Below the pieces are notes generated by a model. It ran no database searches. It had not been told where the DNA came from and saw nothing but the letters and a program-made list of their open reading frames with translations. Below, piece after piece: positions 37,672 through 51,300 of a stretch of 64,000 bases of DNA. The stretch covers positions 1 to 64,000 of the forward strand of contig CAXHJY010001320.1 in assembly GCA_964016885.1 (NCBI GenBank). Direction: 5' to 3'. A program made the position numbers and the translations under genes. The DNA comes from Eledone cirrhosa (taxonomy: Eukaryota). The first letter of the stretch is position 1. Each line of letters starts with the position of its first letter.

Positions 37672-37751
37672 GAAAACAGATGGAACTAATATCAGATACT
37701 TTTAAAGAAATTAAACCTGGATTATCTGCTTATTCCAGTAATCCACAGAGG
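37672..37751 (+). CDS. ENTPD5/6: ENTPD5/6-like coding exon 2
   Basis: TTTCAG|...|GTAAGT; (G)KQMELISDTFKEIKPGLSAYSSNPQR with the conserved KPGLSAY; phases consistent. Confidence 0.92.
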
Positions 37752-37947
37752 GTAAGTTATTTTTAATCACAAAGAAACACATCTTTAACTTTTTCTGAAT
37801 ATATATTTCTAACAAGAATATACCAACTTTGTATTTTAGTTATCAAAGTATTTAATAATTATGAGATGTTTAATGAAATAACTAACTTTCAACTCAATAA
37901 TAAAAAAAAATATTTGACTACTGAAATCAAATATTATCTGTCATATA

Positions 37948-38132
37948 ATAATTGTTTCTATTTTTGGCACAAGGCCAGCAATTATCCCAGTGCATTACTG
38001 GTGCATTATTTTATCGACCCTATAAGGATGAAAGACAGTTAACCTCGGCAGGATTTGAACTCAGACCGTAAAGGCCTGTAACTCTGTGCTGCAAAGCAAG
38101 GCGTCCAACCCTCTACTGATACTGCCAATCCA
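37948..38132 (-). mobile_element. tRNA-derived SINE, same family, intronic
   Basis: Match to 12434-12622. Confidence 0.78.
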
Positions 38133-38162
38133 TTGTTATATAATAATGAGATTTGAGTTTAA

Positions 38163-38367
38163 CCCTTTAGCATTTAAATCGGCTGTATCTGGCCAGAATT
38201 CGCTCACCTCTTTCTGTTCAAGCTGGTTGTAACCGGCCACTCAAATTGATGTTAAGGTATTGTTCTCAAAATAAATATCAAAATCTCATAGATTCGATAT
38301 TATGTGAGGTAAAGCCTTTACCATGAAAATACAATAATAAATATAGAGTAATGTAAATGCTAAAGGG
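38163..38367. mobile_element. piggyBac-like MITE
   Basis: TTAA|CCCTTTAGCATTTA ... TAAATGCTAAAGGG|TTAA; a decayed reverse copy lies at about 21830-22018; a different TTAA-flanked candidate at about 39838-40081. Confidence 0.75.
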
Positions 38368-39556
38368 TTAAATTTAAATACTTTTATCGAGGTGGTTTCA
38401 TAATGGTTAGTGTTTAAAATGGTTAATTTTTGGAGGTTAATGTGGTAGTGATAGTAGTAGTAGTTGCTGTTGCTATTTTTTGTTTAGTATTAGGGCAGTT
38501 CTGATTGAACAGATAAAAAATATCAATGATGTCCAGCTGTCACCACACTTAATTTTGGGGATATATCTTGGATTACATTGTCCAGTGCTTCCTTTATTTA
38601 AGATAGTAGTGTGTGGTGTTAGGAAGATTTGGCTGCTGGTTCTAACAAACTGAGAGACCTTATAAAGGCTCTTCTGTTGGATTATCTTAGCTCTTAGTTG
38701 TTGTTTCACTGCTCAAAACCACATTAGTAAGACATTCTTAAGTACAAATCAACACCATGACTGCAATACATTAAATTTAAAGTCTTTACTCTAATATTGC
38801 AAGTTTCACAATGATTTTCCAGTAATAAAGATGCTATAAATATTAGAATTAACAAACCTATATTTAGATACTGGTTACTATCTTAGTAATGAAATAATTA
38901 CAAATAGTTAAGTAAATGAAATAATAAATAAGTTTAGTAAATACCTCAAAATGTTTCATTAATTAATTGAAAATAGTAGTTTTGATTAGAAATACAATAA
39001 TAGAAAGGTTAAAGTTTCCTATTTAAATTAAAATCTTCCAATATAATTTATATAAGAACGATACATTAAGTTATCATCTTAGTAATGAAATAATTATTTG
39101 AGTAAATCCTTCAAAATTATCCATTAATTAATTGAAACAGAGTATTTCATTAGAAAGGGTTAAAAGTTGATCCTTGATTAGTAGTATGTAGGACTTCATT
39201 ATTCAATGTACTCTTTCAAAGCTGTAGGGTATATTTATATGCTAGTGATTAGTAGGAATTCTACTAAAGGTACCGAAAGATACCATGTGGAAATGTTAAT
39301 TAGGGAAGTGTGTCAGGGGATGGTGGTGGAGATGGTGATAATTATGTTACTGATAATGTGATGTTAATGGTGGTGGGAGTGATGGCAGTGGTGGTGATGA
39401 TGATGATGATGGTGTTGGTGGTAGTGGTGGTTGTTGTGGTGGCAGCAATGGTGATGAGTGAGTGGTAGTGGTGGGGATGGTGACAGTGGTAATATTGGTT
39501 GTGGTGTTGGTGATGGTGGATATTTATTAATATTTTATTCTTTCTAATTATTGCAG

Positions 39557-39700
39557 GCAGCTAACAGTTTAGTTCCATTGCTGGAATTGGCCAAGCTGAC
39601 TGTTCCGATGACTGCATGGCCCTCCTGTCCAATTGCCCTGAAAGCTACAGCTGGTTTGCGTTTACTTGGCAATAAAACAGCCCAAGATATTCTTGAAGAG
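39557..39700 (+). CDS. ENTPD5/6: ENTPD5/6-like coding exon 3 (ACR2)
   Basis: TTGCAG|...|GTCAGT; AANSLVPLLELAK...PIALKATAGLRLL...AQDILEE; 144 nt. Confidence 0.93.
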
Positions 39701-40204
39701 GTCAGTGGAACTGGACATTTGTATTTCTCTTCTCAATTCTTTGCTACGTGTTTTTTATTTTTTTATTTTGGTGGGTGGAGTTTTCTTTTTATTTGTCTCT
39801 GTCATTTGTCTGCAGCCATACTGGGGTGCCACTTTAACCCCTTTTGTTACTATATCTTTAATGAAAGAGACTATTTATGAGTTTCAAAAATAATCAACCC
39901 TTTGGAGATATTTAGTAAAACAACTAAGTTTCTCCTTATTCAGCTGGTGTTCTGAATATAACTTAACAAAGGTTCTTTCATAAAGTTATACTAGGTGTTT
40001 AGATAGATATAGATATTTAAAAACAAATAGTTTCATTTCATAAAACCAAAGGTAGTTTCAGGCAGTTTGTTATCAAAAGAGTTAAAGTCAATCATATTGA
40101 CACTAGCACTTATTTTATTGATCTCTTTTAGTTGACAGACATAAACACATATACACACACATGCACACAGGCTCAGAATGGGCATAGGCAATAAAATGAC
40201 AACA

Positions 40205-41335
40205 GATATCTCAACTTAGGTGCCATAGAAGAACAAAAAGACTGTTTCTATGAAGAACTCTTACTGATGACCTCAACAACTGATGACAGTGACTTCATCA
40301 TTCTGACTAGTGACTTCAATGGACATGTTGGACAACACCAGGATGGCTACTTCAGAGTACATGTTAGCTATGTAAATGGCCCAAGAAATGAAGAGGTATC
40401 AAGGCTTCTAAAATTCAGTGATGTAAATGACCAAACTGGTTGCCCAAGAAATTAGCCAGTTACTTGATTACCAACCAGTCAGGTGAACATGCAAGCCAAA
40501 TTGACTTCTTGTTTGATAAGGCCATTCCCAAAGAAGAATGTGCTCCTCTTCAAAATAAGTTACTTATGATTGACATCAGAATAAAAACTAAATAAAATCT
40601 GAAATGCAAGAAAATCTGGAGAATGGAAGCTCAAAGACCTCTCTGATAGATATAGGTTCAGAAAAACCCTATGTGATGCATATGACATGAGGGAGGAGGA
40701 GATAGGTACACATAACATAGAGAACAATTGGAAGTCCCTATATAACAACCTACTGCAGGATAAGTCAAGTTGGAGCAAAGCACCAGCTAGATAGAGGGTG
40801 ACCTGATGATGGAACAGTACTATGGAGAGAGCTGTTAAAGCTAAGAGACAGGTGGAAAACTGAAAAAATGGGGCAGAAAAGATTAGTATTAGGTAACTAA
40901 AAGAGAAGCTAGATGGCAGGTATACATAGCATTAAAAAAAAGTTGAAAGCAGGAGGTTTGTCAATGTCCTATGGTTTGAGGATCAGAAACGTGTGGTGTT
41001 CTGCATCATAAAGCAGTGTTAGTAAGAGTCTGGATGCTGTTGGGGAAAAGTGTTCAAAATGACACCAGTGTAGTTAGCATCACATACACTCAAAAGAAAG
41101 ATGTCTGGAAAAGCTATTTGGAGAGGTTGATGAATGGACATAAGTGGGAGGAAGTGAGACTACAGTCAGATGACCCACCAGAGGGATTAACTACTGAAAT
41201 TGACAGTTATAGGATCAAAGAAAGAATAAAGGGGATGAAAAAGAGTAAAGCCGCTATACCACCAGAGATAGTAGCTAAGATGCTGAAATCATCTAGGAAA
41301 GTAGGAGCCAAATTAATCACTCACATAATCAATTT
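40205..41335 (+). mobile_element. Highly decayed RTE copy (endonuclease to RT start)
   Basis: FIILTSDFNGHVG, RNEEVSRLLKF, KKDVWKSYLERLMN; colinear with 48359-51211. Confidence 0.75.
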
Positions 41336-42953
41336 TTACACACAACTATGTTTAAGATTGTTTCTGAACACCAGCAACAATGGTTGCAGCAATATCAACC
41401 AAACCAACATTACTGAATTACAACCCATGTGTTCAAGTTTGGAAACACAAAGAAAAAACAGACATAAGGAAGGTTGCATTCAGAAATTTTGTGTGTTGAA
41501 AGAAGGTTATGTGTTTTAAGGTCAGGTTGTCATCACTTTAGCGGAAATGTTAGTTGTGTGTCATGTATCATGTGTTGATGTGTGATTGAAGTGGCGAAAG
41601 CAATTTATTTATTTTCCCCCAAAGTATTAGAAAATAAGTGGGTAAGAATCAACAAGGAAACAAACTGTTATTTGCCTATTTATTTTAGCCATGAAATGCT
41701 ACAAAAACATATATTATGTCAATTTACAGAGTTCACAGAAAATGGAAATGTCTTTGTGTAGTGTAAATATGTTTTGATGTAACTGAATTTGTAAAGGGAG
41801 AGAAATAGATTGAATGCTTGTCTGCAGAGAGGTTAAGAAATTAGACACCTTCTGTATGTGTTTGATTGGCCACTTTTGGTCAGCCGTAGCTAGCAGTTTT
41901 AGGTGACCATAGTGTGTTCACATTAGGCAAAAAAGGATATATGAAAGTGTGTGATGGCTTAAATACTTGTTGGTATCGTTGTAGCTATTTTTGGCGATGT
42001 CAACATAGTTATTTTAATTTGCATTAACTGAGGGATAATTTCTGTACATATGTAATTGATAGATTTATCCCAATCCTAAAAGAGATATATGTCAGAAACT
42101 ATTATATCCCTGTATCCTCTGCTCTGTATGTATGTGTGTGTGTGTGTGTGTGTGTGGGGGGGGGGGGCTTTGTTGGTTCTGATGAGTGTTCCAGTTGTTT
42201 GATTGTGAAATAAACTTGTAAGTGGCCGAGCATTCCACAGATACATGTCTCAATGTAATTCTCAGGTATGTTTAGCGTGACAGAATATGGAACCAAACTG
42301 TCCCTTTGAATCATAGGTACAACTTATTTTAGCCAGCTGAGTGGATTGAGGCAACATAAAATAAAGTGTCCTACACAAGAATACAATGTGCTGCCAGGAA
42401 TAGAAATCATGACTCAGATTGTGAACTGAACACCCTAACTACTAAGCCATGTGCCTTCATGTGTCCTCTGCATTATTTCGGTAGCTCAGGTGGTCAAATA
42501 CTTAAATAAAATGTGATTGACTTGGATTATTGCTGATGTTATCACAGTAGTCTTATTTATTACAGGTTTTTTATTCTCTCTTCATTCTATACATAAATGC
42601 ACACAATACACTCTGTAAAGTGGTAGCACTGTTGCCATGATAAAATGCATTCAGTATAATTAGTAAAGTGTTAGTTCTGGTGCCAGGATAAAATGTACCT
42701 AGTATATTCTGTAAAGTGGTTGTTATTAGGAAGGCATTCAACTGTAGAAACAATGCCAAACATGGAATGTATGTGCAAAATGAGTTTTCTGACTTGTCTT
42801 GGCTTTGATTGTGACTATCTGTCTAACTAATGCCTACATGTAAATTGAACATAAAATGATAATAGTGGTAATGAATATATAATGTATATATGTATATATA
42901 ATGTATATATGTATAATGTAGTATAATGTGTTTCTATATCAATGTTTTGCCAG

Positions 42954-43029
42954 GTAAAGCAGTTGTTTAATAGCTATCCTTTCAAAATGTCTGAAAATAA
43001 TATCGAAATAATGAGTGGCAGTGATGAAG
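42954..43029 (+). CDS. ENTPD5/6: ENTPD5/6-like coding exon 4 (ACR3 start)
   Basis: TTTTGCCAG|...G|GTTAGT; VKQLFNSYPFKMSENNIEIMSGSDE(G); 76 nt. Confidence 0.92.
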
Positions 43030-43117
43030 GTTAGTGTATGTGTATATATATATGTATGTATTTATCATATATTGTATGTAAACATCATGTGATTAGAAGC
43101 TGGTGGTGGAATTTGAA

Positions 43118-43308
43118 AATTGAATTAGTAACTTTGCCGTATTTTTTTTACTATAGAAAATAGTCTAATAACAAAAGCATATAAGCCCCTAGAATGGGAA
43201 AAAATGGGCATCAGTGTGTGTGAGAATCAAACCACCACTTGTTATTATTAGACTATTTTCTGTAGTAAAAAAATTCTGCGAAGATTGCAATTTAATTCAG
43301 TTTTTATA
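43118..43308. repeat. Imperfect inverted repeat (MITE-like)
   Basis: TTTTACTATAGAAAATAGTCTAATAA paired with TTATTAGACTATTTTCTGTAGTAAAA, plus outer arms. Confidence 0.6.
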
Positions 43309-44256
43309 TATTATATATTTACCATATTTCATTTTATATACATGATCACTGTTTTTTTCAAGCTGAAAAAAGAAAAATGGGAAAAAATTACATCCTTGAG
43401 TACAGCCAAATCAATGTAAATTTATTAATAAATTTATGCTATGTTATCCATCAAAATCTTAATCTCACCCATATATTTCACTGACTTAGTTTCTCATGGC
43501 ATCAAAAAAATGTAAAGCAATTGGATGTTTAGCATTTTATAAACAAATGTTAATAAAAACATATTTGCAATCTTGCCATTTGAAATGAATATTTTAAGTT
43601 CAGTAAAATGTTGTGTATAATATGACCCCATTTTTTGCCCTCAGTTCAAAAATTCTCCTATTCTACACAAGGAAATATGGTATGTATGTATGTATATGTA
43701 TCATCGTCATTTAATGTCTGCTTTCCCTGCAGTACGGAAGTTGGGCTACTGACTTCCCAGACAGACTGAGGGGTCTGTATTCTGTCTATGCATGCTCATA
43801 TCGAGGGCAGAGATGTACCTTTTGACACAAACGGAAGGGTCTTCCTAACCCTTGTTTGGCAAGCTTTCTATGGCTGGATGTTCTTCATAAAAAAACCACT
43901 TTACAGTGTGTACTGGGTGCTTTTTTTATGTAGATCACCAGCACTAGAGAGGTTGTTATGACCTTGACACAACTAAAGGGTCCTTGCAACTCTTTTAGGA
44001 ATGGTTTCTACAATGGGGTACCCATCCTATCACCAACCACCCATACGGAGTGTATCAGGTACATTTTCGTGGCACCATCACTAGAGAGGTCATAAACCCA
44101 ACTCTAGAGCTCTCTCAGCTCTGGGGAAGGGGGCAATAGGGGAGGTATGAAATTATAGGTGTTTATGGGGATTTGGCAGGGCATGAGAAAGGATAGGGGT
44201 GGCTGATTAGTGTATGAGGATGTAGAGGTGTGAGGTATGTGGACAATATGTTTGTA

Positions 44257-44295
<39 letters not shown>

Positions 44296-44330
44296 TTATA
44301 TGTATGTATGTGTATGTGTGTGTATGTATA

Positions 44331-45617
44331 CAGGGTGCGAACGATATTTGTTCGCAGGATTACTGTCTATGAAAAAATAACACAGTAGTTTTATTTATTA
44401 AGATTTATTTATCAAACTTGGGTCAGTTTGTCTTCATGATTTGTTCTTTCGATCTCACTCGATAAACCCACCATTGGCTTTGATGACGGCATCAAGGCGG
44501 CTTCGGAACCGGCTACAGGCCTTCATCACTATCCCCCGACTTAGGCCCCTAAAGGCACTTGTGATCCTGGCCTTCAGATCGTCTTTCGTATTGCAGCTAG
44601 ATCTGTTGGTGTCTTGTTCCACTGCGCTCCACACAAAGAAGTCGAGGGGGTTGCAGTCAGGCGAGCTGGGAGGCCAGATGTCAGGTGAAGTGTAGTCGAC
44701 AAAGTTCTCTGACAGCCAGGCTTGGGTCTTTCGGCTGGTATGTCGGCTGGTATGGCAGGGCGCTGAGTCTTGCTGCCACACATACGGCCTATCTGCAGCT
44801 ACCTGGTCGATCCAGGGCTTTACTACCTCGCTCAGAATGCGGATGTAGCCATCGGTGTTCAGCTTGAGGCCCTCAAGGAAGAAGTGAGGTGGCATGACGT
44901 CACCTTGACTGCTGACAACACCTAAGATCAATGTTGTCGTTGGAAACTTGGTCTGCATGACTCTGGGCACGTCTTTGGATGAGACAGCGAGCCACCTGTT
45001 GTTCTGGGAATTGATCTTCTGGTCTTGGCAGAAGTTTTTCTCATCGGAGAAAAACCACAGCATGTCTGGCTCCAGTGGGTGTTTCAACTTGTTGATCAGC
45101 TTCTTTGCGTGCTTCAGTCGCTTTTCTTACATCGCCTTTGACAGAAATTGTCCTTTCCTCATCTTGTATGAAATGTAGCAAATGTCTTCATGTACCACCA
45201 GCCTAATGAGCTTTTCATCCACGCCTTTCTCCCTTGCAATGGCACGCATCGACTTGCTAGTTTCATTGTTGATGATATCCTGAACTTCAGCGACGAACTC
45301 GGGCGTTTTGAAGGCGTCAGATCATCGATCATGTGTTTTCATCCCTGATGTTGCTTCATAGTCGAATCCTGAATCTTCCAATTCCTTTCTGACTTTTCCA
45401 CCATTTTCCTGCTGATGCTGAGAAAGTCTGGAATTTCCTTATTTGTCCTCCCGGCGCAGATTCTAAGAAGAATTCCGTGTCTCTTCCACAAAATTGGACG
45501 TTCAAAATTATTCATAATCAATTATTCTGAAAATAAATAATGGAAATATAGTCACTGTTTTTATGAAGACATAAAATTAGCAGTTGAAAATTGCGAACAA
45601 ATATCGTCCGCACCCTA
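44331..45617 (-). mobile_element. Tc1/mariner superfamily DNA transposon, maT (DD37D) type, defective
   Basis: 26-bp TIRs CAGGGTGCGAACGATATTTGTTCGCA; TA flanks; transposase WFFSDEK...WQQDSAPCH...WPPSSPDCNPLD; stops and frameshifts in the N-terminal half. Confidence 0.92.
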
Positions 45618-45627
45618 TATATGTATA

Positions 45628-45683
<56 letters not shown>

Positions 45684-45705
45684 TGTATATATATATATAT
45701 GTATG

Positions 45706-45741
<36 letters not shown>

Positions 45742-45755
45742 TGTATATATATGTA

Positions 45756-46420
45756 TCATCATCAACGTTTAACGTCCGTGTTCCACGCTTGCATGGGTTT
45801 GGACGGGGGTATTCCCACTTGAGGCAAGAGTGATTGTCTTGCTCGCAGAGGACTGTCTGGCAGGTTTTCTACAGTTGGATGCCCTTCCTAACACCAACCA
45901 CATTTACAGTGGGTCTGGGAGGTTTTTACCGTGTTGCCTACACGGCCACATTACAGCGTGGACTGTGTGTTTTTTTGTCGTGACACCTACACGATCTCAT
46001 TTGTTTCGGCCTGGATGGTGTGGCACCAACATAACTTTACATAGGAGGCGGTGGTGTGGATGGGGTGGGGGTGGTGGGACGGGGGTGTATTTTGTTAGAG
46101 ATGCCTACTGGCTGTAGTAGGTTTTACTATGTATTTAGGCAAGGCGGGTCTTCTCTATTACTGAGTACCGCCAAAGGTCTTGGTCCAGTGACATAGTCTT
46201 GGAGAGGTGTAAGTGTGTGAGGTCGGAGTTTATCAGCCCGTCCCAGGATTTTCTAGGTCTGCCTATTCCGTGGCTACCGTCTATCTTTATTGCCCTGCAC
46301 TTTGTTATACAGCTATCGACTTTCATACGCATCACGTGTCCGTACCAACGTAGCCTTCTCTCGAGTAAACAACATCTGATCCCTCTTATTTCTAATTTTT
46401 TCCTTAGTTCGTTTATGCTT
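45756..46420 (-). mobile_element. 5'-truncated RTE 3' end (second subfamily)
   Basis: [10 protein letters not shown]...GRPRKSW; tail with GGAAGGGCATCCA and (GAT)n; near-copy at 63437-64000. Confidence 0.85.
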
Positions 46421-46504
46421 TATATATGTATATATATATGTATATATATATGTATATATGTATATATATGTATATATGTATATATATGTATATATGTATA
46501 TATA

Positions 46505-46537
<33 letters not shown>

Positions 46538-46682
46538 ATGTATATATATGTATATGTATATATATGTATATATATGTATATATATGTATATATATGTATA
46601 TATATATGTATATATATGTATATATATGTATATATATGTATATATATATATATGTGTATATATATATATATGTATATATATG

Positions 46683-46724
<42 letters not shown>

Positions 46725-46842
46725 TGTATATATATGTATATATATATATGTATATATATGTATATATATGTATATATATGTATATATATGTATATATATG
46801 TATATATATGTATATATATGTATATATATATGTATATATATG

Positions 46843-46873
<31 letters not shown>

Positions 46874-46908
46874 GTATATATATGTATATATATATATGTA
46901 TATATATG

Positions 46909-46939
<31 letters not shown>

Positions 46940-46950
46940 GTATATATATG

Positions 46951-46995
<45 letters not shown>

Positions 46996-47006
46996 GTATA
47001 TATATG

Positions 47007-47085
<79 letters not shown>

Positions 47086-47158
47086 GTATATATATGTATA
47101 TATATGTATATATATGTATATATATGTATGTATATGTATATATATGTATATATATATA
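46421..47158. repeat. (TA)n/(TATG) compound microsatellite
   Basis: Direct reading. Confidence 0.97.
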
Positions 47159-47173
47159 GTTTTAATATAGAAG

Positions 47174-47224
47174 AGATTCTACAGGACTAGAACTGTTTCA
47201 TTCATTAGAAATCATCAGGAATCT
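47174..47224 (-). ncRNA. Type I hammerhead ribozyme (3' pLTR copy)
   Basis: Exact reverse complement of 57007-57057. Confidence 0.83.
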
Positions 47225-47939
47225 GGGTATCAAAAAATAAATATGGTATTTATAGGTCTCTACAAGTGGTAGGAGAGGGTGGGGAGTGGGATGGGTGCAG
47301 GTCATTGGTTGATAGAAAAGGGAATTCATTAAAAGCTAATTCTACAAAGCTATAGTTTATTTTTATTTATATTTATTTATGTTTTTAGAGTAACAAAGGC
47401 AGACAGAATTCTATAAGCAGGTTCCGGATGGCATACCATTCCTTGTCAATAAGTTTCTCTTAAGCTAACAGGTGTCTATAAAATCAGTGGGGGGTCAGTC
47501 GTGGTCGATAGAATTAAAGAAAAGGGAGATTCTTTAAAAGCTAAAGTCATTAAGGTTCTACTAAGTGACAAAGGTCTAGAGAATTCTGCAGACAGATTCA
47601 AAATACTGAGTGCATATCTTACTATTATCTTCGAACTTCTCTTAAACTAATCAACTATATGCCAAAAATCAACAGACACATTCACAAAAAAACAAAAAAA
47701 CAAAAAAACAAAAAAACACATACTCACTCACACACTTACGCGCAACCATAAACACACACACAAACACATATACACACATAAGAACACACACACATATATA
47801 AAAATATATAAATATATATAAATAAATATATATTCATGTACACACACATACATACACACATACATACACACATACATACATACATACATATATAATATAA
47901 TACATATACATATATATATATATATATACACACACACAT

Positions 47940-47976
<37 letters not shown>

Positions 47977-48131
47977 CACACAGATACACACACACATACA
48001 CATACATACACACACACACACACACATATACACAAATAAATACACTCACACGCATACATACAAACATGAGTATACATATGTATAAATATCTATACACACA
48101 CACATATACACACATATATATATACACATAT

Positions 48132-48184
<53 letters not shown>

Positions 48185-48296
48185 TATATATATCCATACA
48201 TATACAAACATACACATACATACACAGACCTATACATAAATATACACATATATATACAGACATATAACGCATATATACACACACATATACATATAC

Positions 48297-48350
<54 letters not shown>

Positions 48351-48352
<2 letters not shown>

Positions 48353-51300
48353 GATGGGATGGGTGGTGTAGGTATACTATTAGCTGACAAGTGGGTAGAT
48401 AAAGTAATCTCAGTGTACAGGGTAAATGCAAGAATCATTAAACTTAGACTAGTCCTGAATAAGACAATTACCACAATAATATCAGCTTACGCACCCCAAT
48501 CGGGGCTGCCAGACGAACTTAAGGATAGGTTTTACGAGTCCCTAATACACACTACTGCTCTAACAGACGACAAGGACTTCCTAATCATTGCAGGAGATTT
48601 TAACGGACACGTAGGTAAACACTGCGACGGCTTCAATAGAGTACATGGAGGCCATGGAGTTGGCACAAGGAATGAGGAAGGATTCAGACTTCTAGAATTC
48701 TGCGACGCCAATGACATGTCGATATGTAACACAAACTTTAAAAAACCCGACAACCACCTGATCACCTATAGATCAGGGGAGCACTCTAGTCAGTTAGATT
48801 TTATCCTCATCAGAGGACGTGACAGATGGACGGTCGTAAACACAAAAGCCTTCCCTAGTGAGGAATGTACATCCCAACATAGCTTAGTTGTCAGCGACCT
48901 CACGGTCAGAACTAGACGAGCCCTGAAACAGAGGCCAACCTGGAGAAGAAAGATCTGGAAGCTGAAAGTCCCCTCAACCAGTAACAGATTTAAAGATATT
49001 TTACTCAACGCCTACGACAGTAAAGAAGAACAGATAGAGACATTTAACGTAGAAGAGAACTGGGAGTTCCTAAAAAATAACTTACTAGAGGCGACGGATG
49101 AGGTTTGTGGCTGGAGTAAGACCTCAAGCAGGAGGAGAGTGACTTGGTGGTGGAACAATAAGGTAGATGAAGCAGTCAAGGCCAAGAGACAGGCATGGAA
49201 AGAATGGAAGAACGGGGGGAGCAGGGTACATTACATAGAGACCAAGAGGGAAGCTAGGCGACAAGTATACTTAGCTAGGAGGGAAGCAGAGGATAGAAAA
49301 TTCAAGCATGTTTTACAACGTGAGGACCAGAAACAGGAGGTATTCAAGATTGCGAGGCAGTGTGTCAGAGATAGTTGTGATGTCATTGGAGAGAAGTGTA
49401 TCCGGAATGATAAAGGTGAGCTTGCCCTCACAAGTGCTGAGAAGAAAGATGCATGGAAGAGTCATTATGATAGATTACTAAATGAGGAGAATGCATGGGA
49501 AGAAGAGACCCTACCCCACGTAGACCCTATAGAGGGACCAGCAGTACAAGTCAGCGGCAGCGTAGTAAGTAAGGCAATCAGAGATATGAAGATAGGGAAG
49601 GCAACCGGTCCATCGGGTATAGCTGCCGAGATGCTGAAGGCATCTGGGTCTGTAGGTCACACTATAACCACACGTATCGTTAACCAGGTAATACTAGAGG
49701 GGGCCATACCAAAAGATTGGTGCAGTAGCATCATTGTCAACTGCTACAAAGGTAAAGGCGATGCACTAGATAGAGGAAACTATAGAGGTATAAAGTTGAT
49801 GGACCAGGTCATGAAAGTAACAGAAAGAGTTATAGCACAGCTGATTAGGGACCGGGTGAATATAGACGAGATGCAATTTGGGTTTGTACCAGGGAAAGGC
49901 ACCACTGATGCCCTCTTCCTTGTGAGGCAATTACAGGAAAAGTACCTAGCTAAAAGTAAGCCACTCTACTTGGCATTTGTCGACCTTGAGAAAGCCTTTG
50001 ACAGAGTTCCACGTGCAGTAATCTGGTGGGCTCTTAGAAAACTAGGAGTAGATGAATGGCTTGTGAAAGCGGTACAAGCCATGTATAGGGGAGCAGTCAG
50101 CAAAGTTAGGATTGGCAATGAGTATAGCGAGGAATTTAGCGTACAGGTTGGGGTCCACCAGGGCTCTGTTCTTAGCCCTCTCCTGTTCATCATAGTCCTG
50201 CAGGCAATAACGGAGGAGTTTAAGACCGGATGCCCATGGGAACTCCTGTATGCTGATGACCTCGCACTCATAGCTGAATCTATGGTAGAACTAGAGAATA
50301 AATTCCAAACCTGGAAGCAGGGACTAGAGAGAAAGGGCCTCAAAGTCAACATGACAAAGACTAAGGTCCTTGTAAGTAGACGAGAAAACAGAACGCAGAT
50401 CCCCTCAGGGAAATGGCCTTGCTCAGTATGTAGGAAAGGTGTAGGTAGAAACTCCATTCTCTGCCCCAAATGCAAACAATGGGTACACAAGAGATGTAGC
50501 GGGATCTCAGGAAGCTTAATTAAGAATGTAGGATTCACATGCAGCAGCTGTGCTGAAACAGCAAGCAAACAGCCACAGGAAACAAGTACCACCAATCTCT
50601 GGGAGGGCCCTGTAGAAACAGTAGACAGCTTCTGCTACCTAGGTGACCGAATTAGCAACGGAGGTGGGTGCTCAGAAAGTACAATAACTAGGGTAAGAAC
50701 GGGATGGAAGAAGTTTAGGGAACTACTACCACTGCTAGCTGCAAAAGGCTTCTCCCTCAGAATGAAAGGCAGACTGTATGATGCGTGTATCCGAACAGCG
50801 ATGTTGCATGGTAGTGAGACCTGGGCGCTGAAGGTGGAAGACTTACGTAGATTAGAGAGAAACGAAGCCTGCATGCTCCGATGGATGTGTAACAGTAATA
50901 TACGTGAACGACAAAGCATAAAGGAATTGAGAGAGAGACTGAGCATAAGAGGAATCAAATGCTGCGTGCAGGAGAGGCGGTTACGCTGGTATGGACATGT
51001 GATGCGTATGAAGGATGACAGCTGCATAAAAAGGTGCAGAGCACTAGAAGTTGATGGAAACCGCGGAGTGGGGAGACCCAAGATGACTTGGGATGAGGTG
51101 ATAAAAGCCGACCTTACCCAACTACACCTCTCAAAGTCAATGACACACGACCGTGACTTCTGGCGTCACGCAGTAATACAGGGTACCCGACCTCCCATGG
51201 GTACATGCTGAAGCATATAAACAATATGCCCCCCCCCCCCCCTCCACCGCAAGGTGGCCGTGGAGGTGCCACGGCAAAAAAGCACCCAGCCCACACTGTA

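Noticed and set aside
39315-39520. (GGT/GAT)n-rich tract upstream of exon 3
   Set aside because: Degenerate trinucleotide microsatellite; no evidence of coding or regulatory function.
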